DNA of 64,000 nucleotides from Octopus sinensis. Its lineage: Eukaryota. Positions 12,145-24,404 of the stretch are shown piece by piece. Location of the stretch: contig NC_042998.1 in the NCBI RefSeq assembly GCF_006345805.1, positions 76,694,001-76,758,000 on the forward strand, read 5' to 3'. Below the pieces are notes generated by a model. The model was not told the DNA's origin. It did not search any database and saw only the letters and a list, made by a program, of their open reading frames with translations. Positions within the stretch are counted from its first letter, which is position 1, and every line of letters starts with the position of its first letter. The position numbers and the translations under genes were made by a program.

Positions 12145-12350
12145 GTCGCCATGATAGATCGTTAGCCACTACACCATTTTCTTCTCTCTTGTTTCTTCCT
12201 TGTTTTTTTTCTGTGTCCCTTTCTGTAGACGAGCGTAGGCTCGAAACCTATAAGACATTTTCTATTCCTGAGCGTTATACTAATACATCTGTGTTTGGTT
12301 TGTTTACACCACCTGTCTTCGTCTTTGTTTTTGTCGTAAACTCTCCCCAT
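12140..12350 (+). mobile_element. PLE-type terminal sequence with variant HHR-like motif
   Basis: CTGTAGA-C-GAGC(GTAG)GCTC-GAAA-CC-TA|TAAGAC at 12223-12256; related copies at 38810-38940 (minus) and in both arms of 26401-27215. Confidence 0.55.
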
Positions 12351-12399
12351 ATATATATATATATTATATATATATATAATATATATATATAAATATATA

Positions 12400-12443
<44 letters not shown>

Positions 12444-12603
12444 GTATATATATATATTATGATGTATATATATATATACGTATAAATATATACATATATA
12501 TATATAATATTACATATACGTATATATATGCATATATTTAATATATATGTACATACATACATACATGTACATATGCATATACATACACACACACACACAC
12601 ACA

Positions 12604-12670
<67 letters not shown>

Positions 12671-12859
12671 TGATTATGAGATCCAACAACCTAAGTGTAG
12701 CAAGTTTGGGAAAAATTATAATTTATTGGCATCAAAAGTTTTAAGCTATTCCCATATCGAAGTTCGATACGCTGAAAAAATATTTTAAAGCTCACCTTGA
12801 GCACATTGAGCTGCTATAAATGCGAATAAAGATCGAAACAGGGAGTGAAACAGATAAAA

Positions 12860-12960
12860 TCCAGTTTCCGTCTACCAAATCCACACACAAGTCTTCGGTC
12901 GGCCCGAGGCTATAACAGAAGTCACTGAACTCGGAAGTATGTGGCTAGGAAGCAAACTTC
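12860..12960 (-). mobile_element. SINE fragment (family of 17890-18183)
   Basis: CAGTTTCCGTCTACCAAATCCAC..GGTCGGCCCGAGGCTATA is shared with the 18040-18090 and 20420-20480 copies. Confidence 0.7.
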
Positions 12961-12961
12961 C

Positions 12962-13031
<70 letters not shown>

Positions 13032-13058
13032 TATATAATATTATATATATATATATAC

Positions 13059-13093
<35 letters not shown>

Positions 13094-13129
13094 AATACAA
13101 AATGGGACAAGAACGCAAAACATCCACAC

Positions 13130-13330
13130 AACTAGGGGACAACAAAATATCCAGAAAGACGATACAAAGAAAACAAGGCGTGTCTTTCGAAGTTTTCTAT
13201 CTTCAGTCAAGAACCAGATCATCCTCGCAATTTCGGCTGATTATTCTTGAGATAGCTCCAATCTGGCCAGCCTCCTAAAAAACTTAGAGTATTAGATTGC
13301 TTGGAAGAAAGCAGCGAATGTAATCAAAAA
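13130..13330 (-). mobile_element. PLE-like terminal fragment, homologous to 45100-45260
   Basis: Minus strand GGCTGGCC..ATCTCAAGA.TAATCAGCCGAAATT...GATGATC.GGTTCTTGACTGAAGA aligns with plus strand 45160-45240. Confidence 0.55.
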
Positions 13331-13884
13331 CAAGGGCGGATAAAACGGACAATGTTACACAAATATAAATACATTAAAAAATAAATAAAAATAATAACAG
13401 GACATAACAACATAACAATAGGTGTCTTTCGACTAAGGACGAATTGAACTAAGCTGGCGCGTGTGGAAATGAAGCCTTACGGCAGAGATACATGAATTTC
13501 ACAAACACAGGGAAGAATATCGATGTTGCACGGACCATGGTCAGACCAAAAAGGAAGAGCAGGCTGGCCGATCGGTCACGTAGGATGAGAAGAGAGAGAA
13601 GTAGATGCAGAGGGACAGAAGAATTAAGGAGGGGCGAGAGAAAATGACAGGGACACGGTGAAGTGAAAGTGGAAGGAAAGTGAATAATATATATATTATA
13701 TATATATATATATATATAAATATAATTTTGTGAATAGAAAGAATAATCTTGTAGTAGATTAATCAAAAGTTAACCGATACCTTAGTAGCAAAAATCACAA
13801 CAGTAAACAGCACGGTTGGAGGTACAACCATCTGGCGTTGCAACCGTGCGTTGGTGCGGATAATTGAAATTAAAACATTATTGG

Positions 13885-14326
13885 GAATTGAAGAAATGGG
13901 CTGAACGCAGATTGAACAGAAATCGTTTTATTTCATTCTACACGTGTTTCGAAGGCACAAATTACCAAAATCCGATTGAATAATGGACCATATTGTGTCT
14001 TTCTCTTCAGGAAGAAAAAAGGAAATCCGTTGGAAAAACAAAAAACAGAACAGAGGCGGAGCAAAAAAAAATCGAACTATGCTCCTAAGAGCCCATGGCG
14101 AAACACGCCATGGGCTCTTAGGAGCATAGTTCGATTTGTTTTTGCTCCGCCTCTGTTCTGTTTTTGTTTTTCCAACGGATTTCTTTTTTCCTTCTGATGA
14201 TTGAATTGACACATGATATGTTCCCTTATTCAATCGGATTTTGGTAATTTGTGCCTTCGAAACACGTGGTAGAATGAAATAAAACGATTTCTGTTCAATC
14301 TGCGTTCAGCTCCATTTCTTCAATTC
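13885..14326. repeat. ~440-bp fold-back palindrome, 5-nt loop (14101-14105)
   Basis: Arms of ~215 bp are near-exact reverse complements except at about 13985-14012 versus 14190-14226. Confidence 0.95.
13931..14017 (-). ncRNA. Type I hammerhead ribozyme with a long (36-nt) loop II
   Basis: TTTCTTC-CTGAAGA-GAAAGACAC(36 nt)GTGCCTTC-GAAA-CACGTG-TA|GAATGAAA: palindromic stem III, GUA triplet, stem I pairing. The mirror copy on the plus strand at 14187-14279 has CTGATGA but a disrupted stem II. Confidence 0.65.
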
Positions 14327-14331
14327 ACCAT

Positions 14332-14372
<41 letters not shown>

Positions 14373-14789
14373 TTATACACACATACATATGTGTGTGTGC
14401 TTATGCATATATATTTGTATACACACACACGCACACACACACACCACACACACACAAACACACACACAAATATATGCACATACATATGCCTTTGTGTGCA
14501 TTTACACACAGACATACCGAGACCGTATGTGTATTTGTGTATTAGACGTTTGAATTTGCATATACGTAATTATACATAGTTTAAAATTGGATTTAGTAAA
14601 ATTTCGGCATATTCCTTATGCCCATTAAATGCAAATTTTCAGCTATCTACACGTGAAGATTAGTATTTAAGGTAGTCGATTGGCAGAGAATATGCAGAAC
14701 ATATCACTGTAAAAATAAATTGGCTTGTATTTTCTATTTTCGAGGAGAGACGTAGAAGATGATGAAGATATTACTCACATTAGTATGAA

Positions 14790-15005
14790 GACGGCGATCT
14801 GGCAGAAACGTTAGCACGCCGGGCGAAATGCTAAGCGGCAATTTGTCTGACTTTACGTTCTGAGTTCAAACGTTAGTGAGGTCTCCTATGCTTTTTATCC
14901 TTCCGGAGTCGATAAAATAAGTAACAGATGAGCATGGAGTTAATGTAATCGATTTATCCCATCACCCTAAATTGCTGGCACAATGCCAAAATTTGAAACC
15001 AGTAT
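14790..15005 (+). mobile_element. tRNA-derived SINE
   Basis: GGCGATCTGGCAGAAACGTTAGCACGCCGGGCGAAATGC...GTTCTGAGTTCAAA head; same family as 49135-49360. Confidence 0.8.
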
Positions 15006-15224
15006 TACATGAGTGCTGTAGTTGCTACACTTGTTTCAGTACCATCCCTATCGATCATTTACACAAGTCTTATACAATTATGTATTGTTGAAATAAATGA
15101 GGAACACCACTTCAACGGAAGTGAATGCCACTTCACCAATCATACCTAATATGCGAAAAGGGTATTTTTCGATGCTCATATATTCAGGGGAAGCGAAATA
15201 AAAATAATAGTAATACCAGAAGGC

Positions 15225-15345
15225 CCGAGATTTTGGGAGAGGGGGCCAGTCGATTAGATCGACTCCAGTACGATACTGGTACTCAATTTAATCGAGCCTG
15301 AAAGGCAAAGTCGACATCGGTGGAATTTGAACTCAGAACGTAAAG
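15225..15345 (-). mobile_element. SINE fragment
   Basis: GAAAGGCAAAGTCGACATCGGTGGAATTTGAACTCAGAACGTA is the reverse complement of the family core. Confidence 0.75.
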
Positions 15346-15349
15346 ACAA

Positions 15350-16270
15350 ATTTATTTTGATATGGGATAGGACTGACTTGAGCAGTCATTACAGCTTAAA
15401 TTCTACGAGGTATGGACTTGTACAAAGTTTGAATTGTTTCCAAAAGAATTTTTGTCCATTCTTCAGCTAAACAGTCACCAGTTCTTGTAGTGATAATGGT
15501 GGAGGATATCGACTTGTTACTTGTTTTTTCTAAAATGCATCATAAATGTTCAATAATATTGAGATCTGGGGATTGTGGTGGCCAGATAAGATGTTCAGCT
15601 TCCCTAGCATGTTCCTCGTGCCATTCAGTAACAACTTTAGCTGTGTGAATTAGTGCATTGTCTTCCTAAAAGATTGCGTTTCCCCCCGGAAACAGTTCTG
15701 CAATCATAGGATGAATTTGATCAGATAAAAATCTTAAATAGTCTTGATTATTAATTCTGTCATGAAAAGAAACCAGTGGGCTGGCGGATTTCCGAGATAT
15801 AGCCTCCATCCCAGTCCTAAATAATCACAGATCCTCCTCCATGTTTAACAGCTGGAAGAAGGCAGTCTGGGTGAGATATTTCTTCTGGCTGTCTCCACAC
15901 GTATACTCAGCCGGTGGTCGGAAATAGGGTAAAGGATAACTCGTCCGAGAAAATAACCATCTTCCACTGCTCTAGGCACCAATTCTGTAGGTTTTTACTC
16001 CACACTAAATGCTTTGCAACGTTTAGTTTTGAAAGTAGTGGTTTTCGATTGTTGCCCTCTCGTGAAATCCGGCTTTGTGTAGCTCCCGAAGAACCGTTTT
16101 GTGGAAACTGGGATCTCGAGGTGGTCATTAAGCTCTGCAGTAATTTTGGGAGCTGTACTTTTATGATACTTTCTAACAATTCACATAAGAGTCTGACGTT
16201 CCCTATCTGAAAGTTTTGATTTTCTTCCGGAGTTTTGTTTCGACGAGGTTTCTCCTTCTTTCTCAAAGAC
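15350..16270 (-). pseudogene. Tc1-like transposase relic with DD36E spacing
   Basis: RKPLLS..W...QWKMVIFSDE, VKHGGGSV, and ED-NALIHTAKVVTEWHEEHAREAEHLIWPPQSPDLNII-E (36 residues between D and E); several stops. Confidence 0.9.
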
Positions 16271-16579
16271 TGTTATTACTTTCGAGACAGTACTTTTTGA
16301 TACACCAAACATTTCGGACGTGTATATCTTGCTTTACGTACAAATCTAGGTACATATTTATCTATGGTATGCACGTATATTTATGTATATATATACATAG
16401 ATATACGTACATACAATAGATTAATGTACATTGATTTATAGTATGTACAGGTGTGTACTTGCGTATACGAGTTCCTATATACATACACGAATATTTTCAA
16501 TCCATACGTGTGCGTATACGCCTGTATCTAGTTGCATGTATATGCCCATATACTTGGATGTGCATGTGTGAGCGCGTAA

Positions 16580-16632
<53 letters not shown>

Positions 16633-16982
16633 TATATATATATATATATATATTAGATATATATATATATATATATTGTATATATAATTAATATATATAT
16701 ATATAACATTTGTGTATGCATATATGCATCCAAACACGAACACACAAGAAAAATGTATTTCGTCTGAGTATTATCTTCCTTTCAACTTTTACTTCTATTT
16801 CTTGCTCTTAACATTTGCAACAGCAAAAGCTGATTACATTATTTTCTGTAAACTAGAATAAATACTTTCCACGATCATATTTAAATGTTTTTTTGCGTTT
16901 CAATAATTTTTTTCCTCTGATTTTAATCGTTCTCTGGACATATAGAGACGTAAGCCGACTCCAGAAATCTTTAGTGAGACTT

Positions 16983-17041
16983 TTTATTGATGTCCCTGAT
17001 GAGACCCAGAACGGGTCGAAAGATGTGTTTTACCCAATAAA
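16983..17041 (+). ncRNA. Type I hammerhead motif (degenerate copy)
   Basis: TTTATTG-AT-GTCC-CTGATGA-GACCC(AGAAC)GGGTC-GAAA-GATGTG-TT|TTAC-C-CAATAAA; perfect stem II, mismatches in stems I and III. Confidence 0.65.
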
Positions 17042-17531
17042 GTCTATTACTCTTTCCATCTCCTAGCTTATTAATACTGTTACCGCCACTAAGAAGTTCT
17101 AGCAGTAAATCTATGGATACCAAAAGCTAATCGAAACTGTGCCGGTGCTTTACTCATTATCCATTTACTCATTATACATTTCTATATTTTGTACACTTTC
17201 TCCATGATATATATATATATATATATATATATTAATTACTTATTATACTTATATTATATTAAACTTTTTTATACCCTTTTTATAGTTATATATAAAAAAA
17301 TTATAATATTAAAAAATTAAATGTTTAAAAAATTTATAAATTTAAGATTAAAAAATATAAAAAAATATAAAAATTTATAAATATAAATTAAAAATTTTAA
17401 ATTTAAATAATTTAATTTTAAATTATATATTTTATATATCTTGTATATTATATTAATTATATTTATTTTAATGTTTTGGTCTATGTTTTTCAATGTTTGA
17501 TTTGCCTAATAGTGGTTTTATCTCTAATTTA

Positions 17532-17564
<33 letters not shown>

Positions 17565-17601
17565 AATATTAATTAACTAATGATGGATTCGGTGTTAATA
17601 A

Positions 17602-17662
17602 TTTATTGGGTACAACATATGTTTCGACCCTCAGTCTGGATCTCATCAGGTATATCAATAAA
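17602..17662 (-). ncRNA. Type I hammerhead motif, same family as 16983-17041, opposite strand
   Basis: TTTATTG-AT-ATAC-CTGATGA-GATCC(AGACTGA)GGGTC-GAAA-CATATG-TT|GTAC-C-CAATAAA; palindromic stem III, extended stem I. Confidence 0.7.
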
Positions 17663-17821
17663 GATATGTCTCACTACAGATTTTTAGTGTCGGTTGACTT
17701 GTTGTCATATGGCTATCAAGTTAGGGAATGAATAATAGCAAAGTATACGATATACATGCACACATATACATGTACATATATATTTGTGTGTATGCATGTA
17801 TATTTGTATATATACATAAAT

Positions 17822-17889
<68 letters not shown>

Positions 17890-18183
17890 CTGTATTTGCT
17901 TCAGTCGTTTCACTGCGGCCATGCTGGAGCACCACCTTTAGCCTAATACTTATTGTACCGGACACTTTTGCCGAACCATTAAGTTACGGGGACGTAAATG
18001 CACCAACATCACACATATATACGACAGGTTTCTTTCAGTTTCTCTCTACCAAATCCACTAACAAGAGTTTGGTCGGCCCGAGGCTTTAGTACAAGATAGT
18101 TGTACATTCCACGCAGTGGGAGTGAACCCGGAACCATGTGGTTAGTAAGCAAGCTACTTACCACACAACCACTCCAGCACCTA
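17890..18183 (-). mobile_element. tRNA-derived SINE with a LINE-derived 3' tail
   Basis: Minus-strand head GGAGTGGTTGTGTGGTAAG...GGTTCACTCCC; 3' end GGTGGTGCTCCAGCATGGCCGCAGT..ACTGAAGC. Confidence 0.85.
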
Positions 18184-18274
18184 TATATATAAATTTGTAG
18201 ATAAATACGTACAGATATACACACACATATTATAATCTATGTACCTACTTACTTACCACACAGCCACTCCTGCA

Positions 18275-18315
<41 letters not shown>

Positions 18316-19194
18316 GTGTGTGTGTGTGTGTGTATGCATAAACACACACTTCTTTATATGTCGAATATCGTTCTTTATATGCCATATGACTGACAGTAAA
18401 ATTTGCTTCTCAAATGACGACTAACAAGACGGAAACCTAATTTGACATCAGCTGTGGACTTCAACGACATGACTGACTCACCCTTCTCTGCATTGTTTAA
18501 ATTTCCGAAAATTTCCCATTTCTTGATGATACTGCGGTTAAATCCCTTATTTGTCTTTTCATTTAAAGACAAAGAAAGAATTTATGTTTACTGACTATTT
18601 TTGATTATCTCAGTTAATCGAAGTTTTCTGATTCACCGTATTGCGCAAGTGGGCTCCTACGATGATTGTGTATAGTATGCAAAACTCTTCCTCGGTATAT
18701 TTTACATCATCGATAATATATGTAATGTTAGCCTAATCTACCATGACTTTCCGTTTCGTAACCACCGGAGAAAGTGCGACAATATTCAGATGAGCTGATG
18801 TGCAAAAGCAGGTACATTGTATGATGAACTATACATCTGTTCTTTTTAAACCACTTTGATGTGAATCGAATAGAAGTGGATAATTACAATGAAATGGCTG
18901 TTAGGCTTTGAGGCTTTTGTATCCCTTTGTTAAATAGAAAAGGAGGATTGCCCTTATTGGTTCCTATTCTAGTGGGAACATTATCAGAGATCATGTATCC
19001 ACTTAATCTGTTCATGGAGGAGAAATGTAGCTACATATAATTAATAAATAAACATTATATCCAACTTAACATATATGTCGTTTTAGAACACCAAATACTG
19101 CGTTACTAGCCTTGAGAGATTCTTCCATACAGGCGTTTGATTTATTAAAACACACACAGATTGCAGCAGACGAGAATCGTCTGTCGTGGATACT

Positions 19195-19250
19195 GGAACT
19201 CCCATATCCCGTGATTTCATTCTATCGGAAATCATCAGTGGGAGGGGGTC
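19195..19250 (-). ncRNA. Near-canonical monomeric type I hammerhead ribozyme
   Basis: CTCCCA-CTGATGA-T-TTC(CGATA)GAA-T-GAAA-TC(ACGG)GA-TA|TGGGAG: perfect 6-bp stem I, 3-bp stem III with a tetraloop, AUA triplet, 3-bp stem II closed by U-U. Confidence 0.75.
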
Positions 19251-20034
19251 CGATCACAGCATGCCAGTCAAAGCTCGCTGCTAAGATACATAGAATATCA
19301 GCATGTTTAAGACACCGATGTCGCAAATAGCTAGCAGGCTTATTAAATAATTAATAGTTAATAGAGGTTCGGACGCTACTGAATAGATTAGTTCGGGTTG
19401 AATAATATCGCTTTCTTGGCAATTTAGTTAATAAATGAATTAACTAATGATGTACTAAATAGCATATGTTAGATAATTCAAATGAAAAGCAAACCTTATA
19501 AACTTTTCAGATTTTAGTTGTCGCTGTAATGTACGTAGACAAATGCAAGCAAATGTCCTTTCAATATACCCGTCAACAGGAACACGCGGATTGAACGTAC
19601 CGATTTTGATTATAATTGAAATTAGATCAGAAATCATATATCGAATTAATCCTATCGCACGCAGAAATATAGTTTACAGCTATTTATTATCACTGCACGT
19701 CAGAGCTTCGCTAAACCTAAACCCTTATATGTAGTGACTATAGATTTCCCTCTCTTTCTCCAGTATATATGTGTGTGTGTATGTGTGTTTGTATGTGTAT
19801 AATTAATCCCCGCCCCCCGCCCCCCAAAACGATGAAAAGACACCAGAAAAAAACAACACGAGGAAGTGGTACATGTAAAGTATTAAAAGACGCTAAAAGA
19901 AGGAAAGAAAGGGCGTTTTACGTTTCCAGCAAAGCTCTTCTTGAGAAACAGGAGACAGGAAAGTTCAAGAGAAAAGGAAGACGGAGGAAAAAATCGCCAA
20001 CAATCCGCATGTAGTTACATTTCATATTTTATTC

Positions 20035-20260
20035 TTTTACTTGTTTCAATCATTTAACTGTGGCTATGCTGGAGCACCGCCTTAAAACGTTTTAGTCGAA
20101 TAAATCGACCTCAGGACTTACTCTTTGTAAGCTTAGTAATTATTCTTTCGGTCTTTTTTGCCGAATCGCTAAGTTACTGGGACGTAAACATACCAGCATC
20201 GGTTATCAAGCGATAGTGGTGCTGGTGTGGGGCACAGACGTAGACACAAACACACACACA

Positions 20261-20326
<66 letters not shown>

Positions 20327-20545
20327 TAAATCATCATTAAAATCATTAAAAATGTTTTAGCCCGAAGGCCGCGGCCATGCTGGGGCACCACCGTATATAT
20401 ATATATATACGACGGACTTCTTTCAGTTTCCGTCTACCATATCCATTCACTAAGTTTTGGTCGCCCCTGGCTATAGAGAAGACACTTGGCGAAGGTTCCG
20501 CGCAGTGGGACTGAACCCGGAATCATGAGGCTGGGAAGCAGTACA
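20035..20545 (-). mobile_element. Full SINE (family of 17890-18183) with a nested LINE-tail fragment at about 20330-20392
   Basis: Head at about 20490-20545; tail GGCGGTGCTCCAGCATAGCCACAG at 20081-20058; second tail GGTGGTGCCCCAGCATGGCCGCGGCCTTCGGGCT inside. Confidence 0.8.
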
Positions 20546-22071
20546 TAAGCACAGACACAGATACATATATACAAGCATACATGCACGCATATACATCTGA
20601 AGTGTGTATGTATGTGTATGCATGCGTTTGTGTGTGTGAGAGTTGGAGCGGCTTTGAACAAAAAAATTTAAAAAGGGAAACTCTGAAAGCGAGTCTTGCG
20701 CAATGGACATTCATATTGCATAGAAGATATGGTGTGTTATATATTTTGATAAATACAAATATCAATAAAATAAGCAAATGATATTAAATGTGTATCTTAT
20801 AAAGTTGAATCAAAATATTATGATTAAAGAATGGGTGGCGATTTGCAAAATCTTTAAGGTGTATTAACGGCCCTTTTCGCTTTCAGTTCAAATAACGCCA
20901 AGGTTAACTATGCTTTTCATCTCTCCGGGTTTGATAAAATAAAGTGGCAGTCAAATACTGGTCTTGTTCTTGAATCAGAGTTAGTATTATGATTAAATGA
21001 GGTTTGTAGTGTAGGGGAATCTTTAAGATACATGTGGCATTTCACTGCTGTCATTTACGTTCTGTGGTTAAATTCTGTCGAGTCAATGAAATAAAGTACT
21101 AATCAAGTCCTGGTGTCGATAAAATCGGCTGTAGCCCTCTGCGAAATTTGTTGCCTTATGTCTATGGAAGAATTCTATATTATGACAAAACGTAAATAGT
21201 TTATAAAGTACTGTCTAAGTCCAGGTATCGATAAAATTGACTGTGCCTTTTCCCTAGACTTGATGCTTTGTACCGATGTAAGAATCCAGTATTATGATTA
21301 AATATAAATATTTGAGAAGTCTCATTGACATTGTGAAGTCCTGATCATTTTCCAAATATTAGACAGGGCAGAAACCATTTTTAGGCAAATAATTATGGTT
21401 TATAACACAGAGTCTACCAAACATCGATTAAGTCTATTACAGCACGTTTGCTGCTTTGTTGATTTTATACGGATAAATGTTAAAAGGAAAGCTCTATGTC
21501 TGCAGAATAATACTAAGCCATGCAAAACTTTCTATCTTGTAGACAACTCAATAGTTTTCGTTTGTCGTAATATGATAAAAAAAAATCCACAAATTCTGTT
21601 GTATTCGAACACAATGCAATGCCGTTACAGGGAAGAATAAAAGGTAAATTTGACCTCGCTAGGAGTCGAACAGAGAAAAGATACATTTTCCATTTACATA
21701 AGTTTCCAATTTATCTGGTCTACCCTACTTTCGTTAACAAACAGAGGCACTATGTGTGTTCTGATGTAGGATTACTTATCCCAGATATTACACTAGAGAT
21801 TTAAGCCAAGCAGTTAAGCAACAGGGTAGCCAACAGATTCGACTTAAATGTACAAACAATTTCTTATGAATCGCAATTATCTGCTCTTGTATATTACTAA
21901 AACATCAGTAAAACTTCATGCCCGAAAGTGCAATGACCGTACTAACCCAAACATACTCAGACACACAAATCCTCATACACACCCAGAAACAAAAACATAC
22001 GATCAACACAAGCATAGCTAAAGACATTCGACCGCACTTTCACTCGCAGTACACCATCCCATTCTCTCTAT

Positions 22072-22171
22072 NNNNNNNNNNNNNNNNNNNNNNNNNNNNN
22101 NNNNNNNNNNNNNNNNNNNNNNNNNNNNNNNNNNNNNNNNNNNNNNNNNNNNNNNNNNNNNNNNNNNNNNN
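22072..22171. other. Assembly gap (100 N)
   Basis: Run of exactly 100 N. Confidence 1.
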
Positions 22172-22958
22172 ATAGTAACGATAATTTTAGGTTGATTGAC
22201 ATATCGCAACAATCTGAATTTTTCTGGTACTTTATACTGTAATCTCTCTTCATTATAGTTTAACTGTCTTTGAAGTTTTTCATGCATACGATTTCGAAGC
22301 ACACTTTTGTCTTGATACTGTCTACATGTTATGTCAATGACTAACAATGCCATTACCATATTATTTCACTCAAAATACATTCGTATTTTATTTCAACGAA
22401 AATGTATTAGTTCTTCATTTTATACACCTGAAGGATAATGTTTGTCTTCGTTTGTTTTGTTAACACTTTTTGAAGAGACACTTTATTTAGCAACAGATTT
22501 TTACAGGAATAAAAGAAAGAAAGAGATAGTGCCTCAGCTTCTCATCATCTTTTTATGTTTTTCATGTTTTTGTTTCTTACATCATTTTTCAGTTTTGCCA
22601 CTTTTCATTTTTAGCTTTTCGTTTCGACATTGCTAATTGTTTAATTTCCCAATTGTTACTATTCTTGTATCCATATATTCTTCCTATTAGATTCACAAGT
22701 AGCTTAACTCATAATCATAAACATTAAACTTCTCTTAACCTCCCTTAGCTTAGCGACCCTTCTTTCCTTCCGACATTACACTTAAGTTTATGTTTAGTAC
22801 ACAACATAACATAAATTAAGTCTAGCTTGCAAAGTAGGACAGTAGGTATCTAAAATATTAAGAGAATATGCTTTTTTATAATGTGTGTGCATGTGTATGT
22901 AATTACTATGTAAGAATTCAATTGTGTGTGTGTGTATATGCACATTTATGTATGTATG

Positions 22959-22990
<32 letters not shown>

Positions 22991-23054
22991 ATAGTACGTT
23001 TAAATATTTGTTGTGTAAGATTTTTTATGTGAAGTCGTGTGTTGAAACAGATAT

Positions 23055-23213
23055 TGTTATATTTCGGAATGGTCATATTGCCAGTTTAGCCAATAAAAAT
23101 AAGATTAAGATTAATGTAAAAAATAAATAACACTGAAGCAAAATAACACCAAATATATAGTGCGTGTGTTGTTATTGGCTAAACTGGCAATATGACCATT
23201 CCGAAATATAACA
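23055..23213. repeat. Perfect 42-bp inverted repeat with a 75-bp spacer
   Basis: 23055-23096 is the reverse complement of 23172-23213; the right arm abuts (TA)n. Confidence 0.9.
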
Positions 23214-23221
23214 TATATATA

Positions 23222-23254
<33 letters not shown>

Positions 23255-23296
23255 CAGACACACGAACATTTATATGTATCTGTCTCTCTCTCTCAT

Positions 23297-23338
<42 letters not shown>

Positions 23339-24368
23339 AATCTCCAATTTATTATTAAAATGACTTTATGTACAAATTTGATTGTTTCTTTCTTTTATAT
23401 ATATTCCTGGGGGAATTAAAAGCCTATTCAGAACAATTTTTAATTATTTTTGTAATAGTAATTTTATGTATTTAAAATCCATGAAACCGTAAAAGCATAT
23501 ATAAATATGTTTACAAATAAATATGGAGTAGGTCGTTCCTTAGATTTCTTTAAGTGACCCAAGCTTTGGAGAAACAACGAGATAGCTATTGCACCAAGAA
23601 ATGTCCTATTGCTTCATTCATGTTTCACAACTAATCAAAGTTGTTTAGAGTTTGTAGTTGGTTTCCAATAAGTGTATGCGCAACACAAACTCAAATTCTC
23701 TATGGATTCAAATCTAAACACTGACCTCATGAGAACATAATTTTGGAGTTAGTTTTTTCTAAACAGTATTTGTTATTTCTTTTACCGTACATATACAGGT
23801 ATCGTCTTGTTTAAAACGAACTTGTTTATTGTTTTCTCCATGAAACAAGCAACCATTTTTTGTTTAATAGTTTTAGGCGTTGGAAGGCAGTAACTGACAG
23901 TTTACATCTTTAGCATCCTTAGTTGAAAATGTACCTCAGACACTGGTTCCAACCCAGCCATGCTTCACACTTGTTGAAATACATTCAGGTAAAATCTCTC
24001 ACCAGCTCAGTCAGAGCAGTGTCTTGGAGCAGCACTGCGATCTTAAAACTCAAAACATCAGTTCAGGGAACTTTCTGAAGCATTTATTAATCACAGGTGT
24101 CGCACTTGGCCCTAAGCCGTTGTTAACGTATTTCTTGGTTAGCAAACATTTAGGAAACAAAAACAGGAGTATGCATCTTGTTGCAATAGTCCTAGAAAAG
24201 ACATTCTTCATTAACTCTAAACTTTCCTGCAGAAATAAGTGGTTCAATCTTGTCATCAGCAATTGGAGTTCTAGGGTATGCTGGAGTTTTGTTCCTTCAA
24301 GTAGAACTTGTTCTCAGGAAGTCTAGACATATTCTCATTATATTAGAGAGATTAATAGGGATTTCTAT

Positions 24369-24402
<34 letters not shown>

Positions 24403-24404
<2 letters not shown>

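Noticed and set aside
18375-18572. Weak resemblance to a pogo/Tigger HTH (AEKGESVMSL)
   Set aside because: Too short and degenerate to support.
23480-24340. Possible decayed coding sequence on the minus strand
   Set aside because: Multiple stops in all frames and no family motif recognised.
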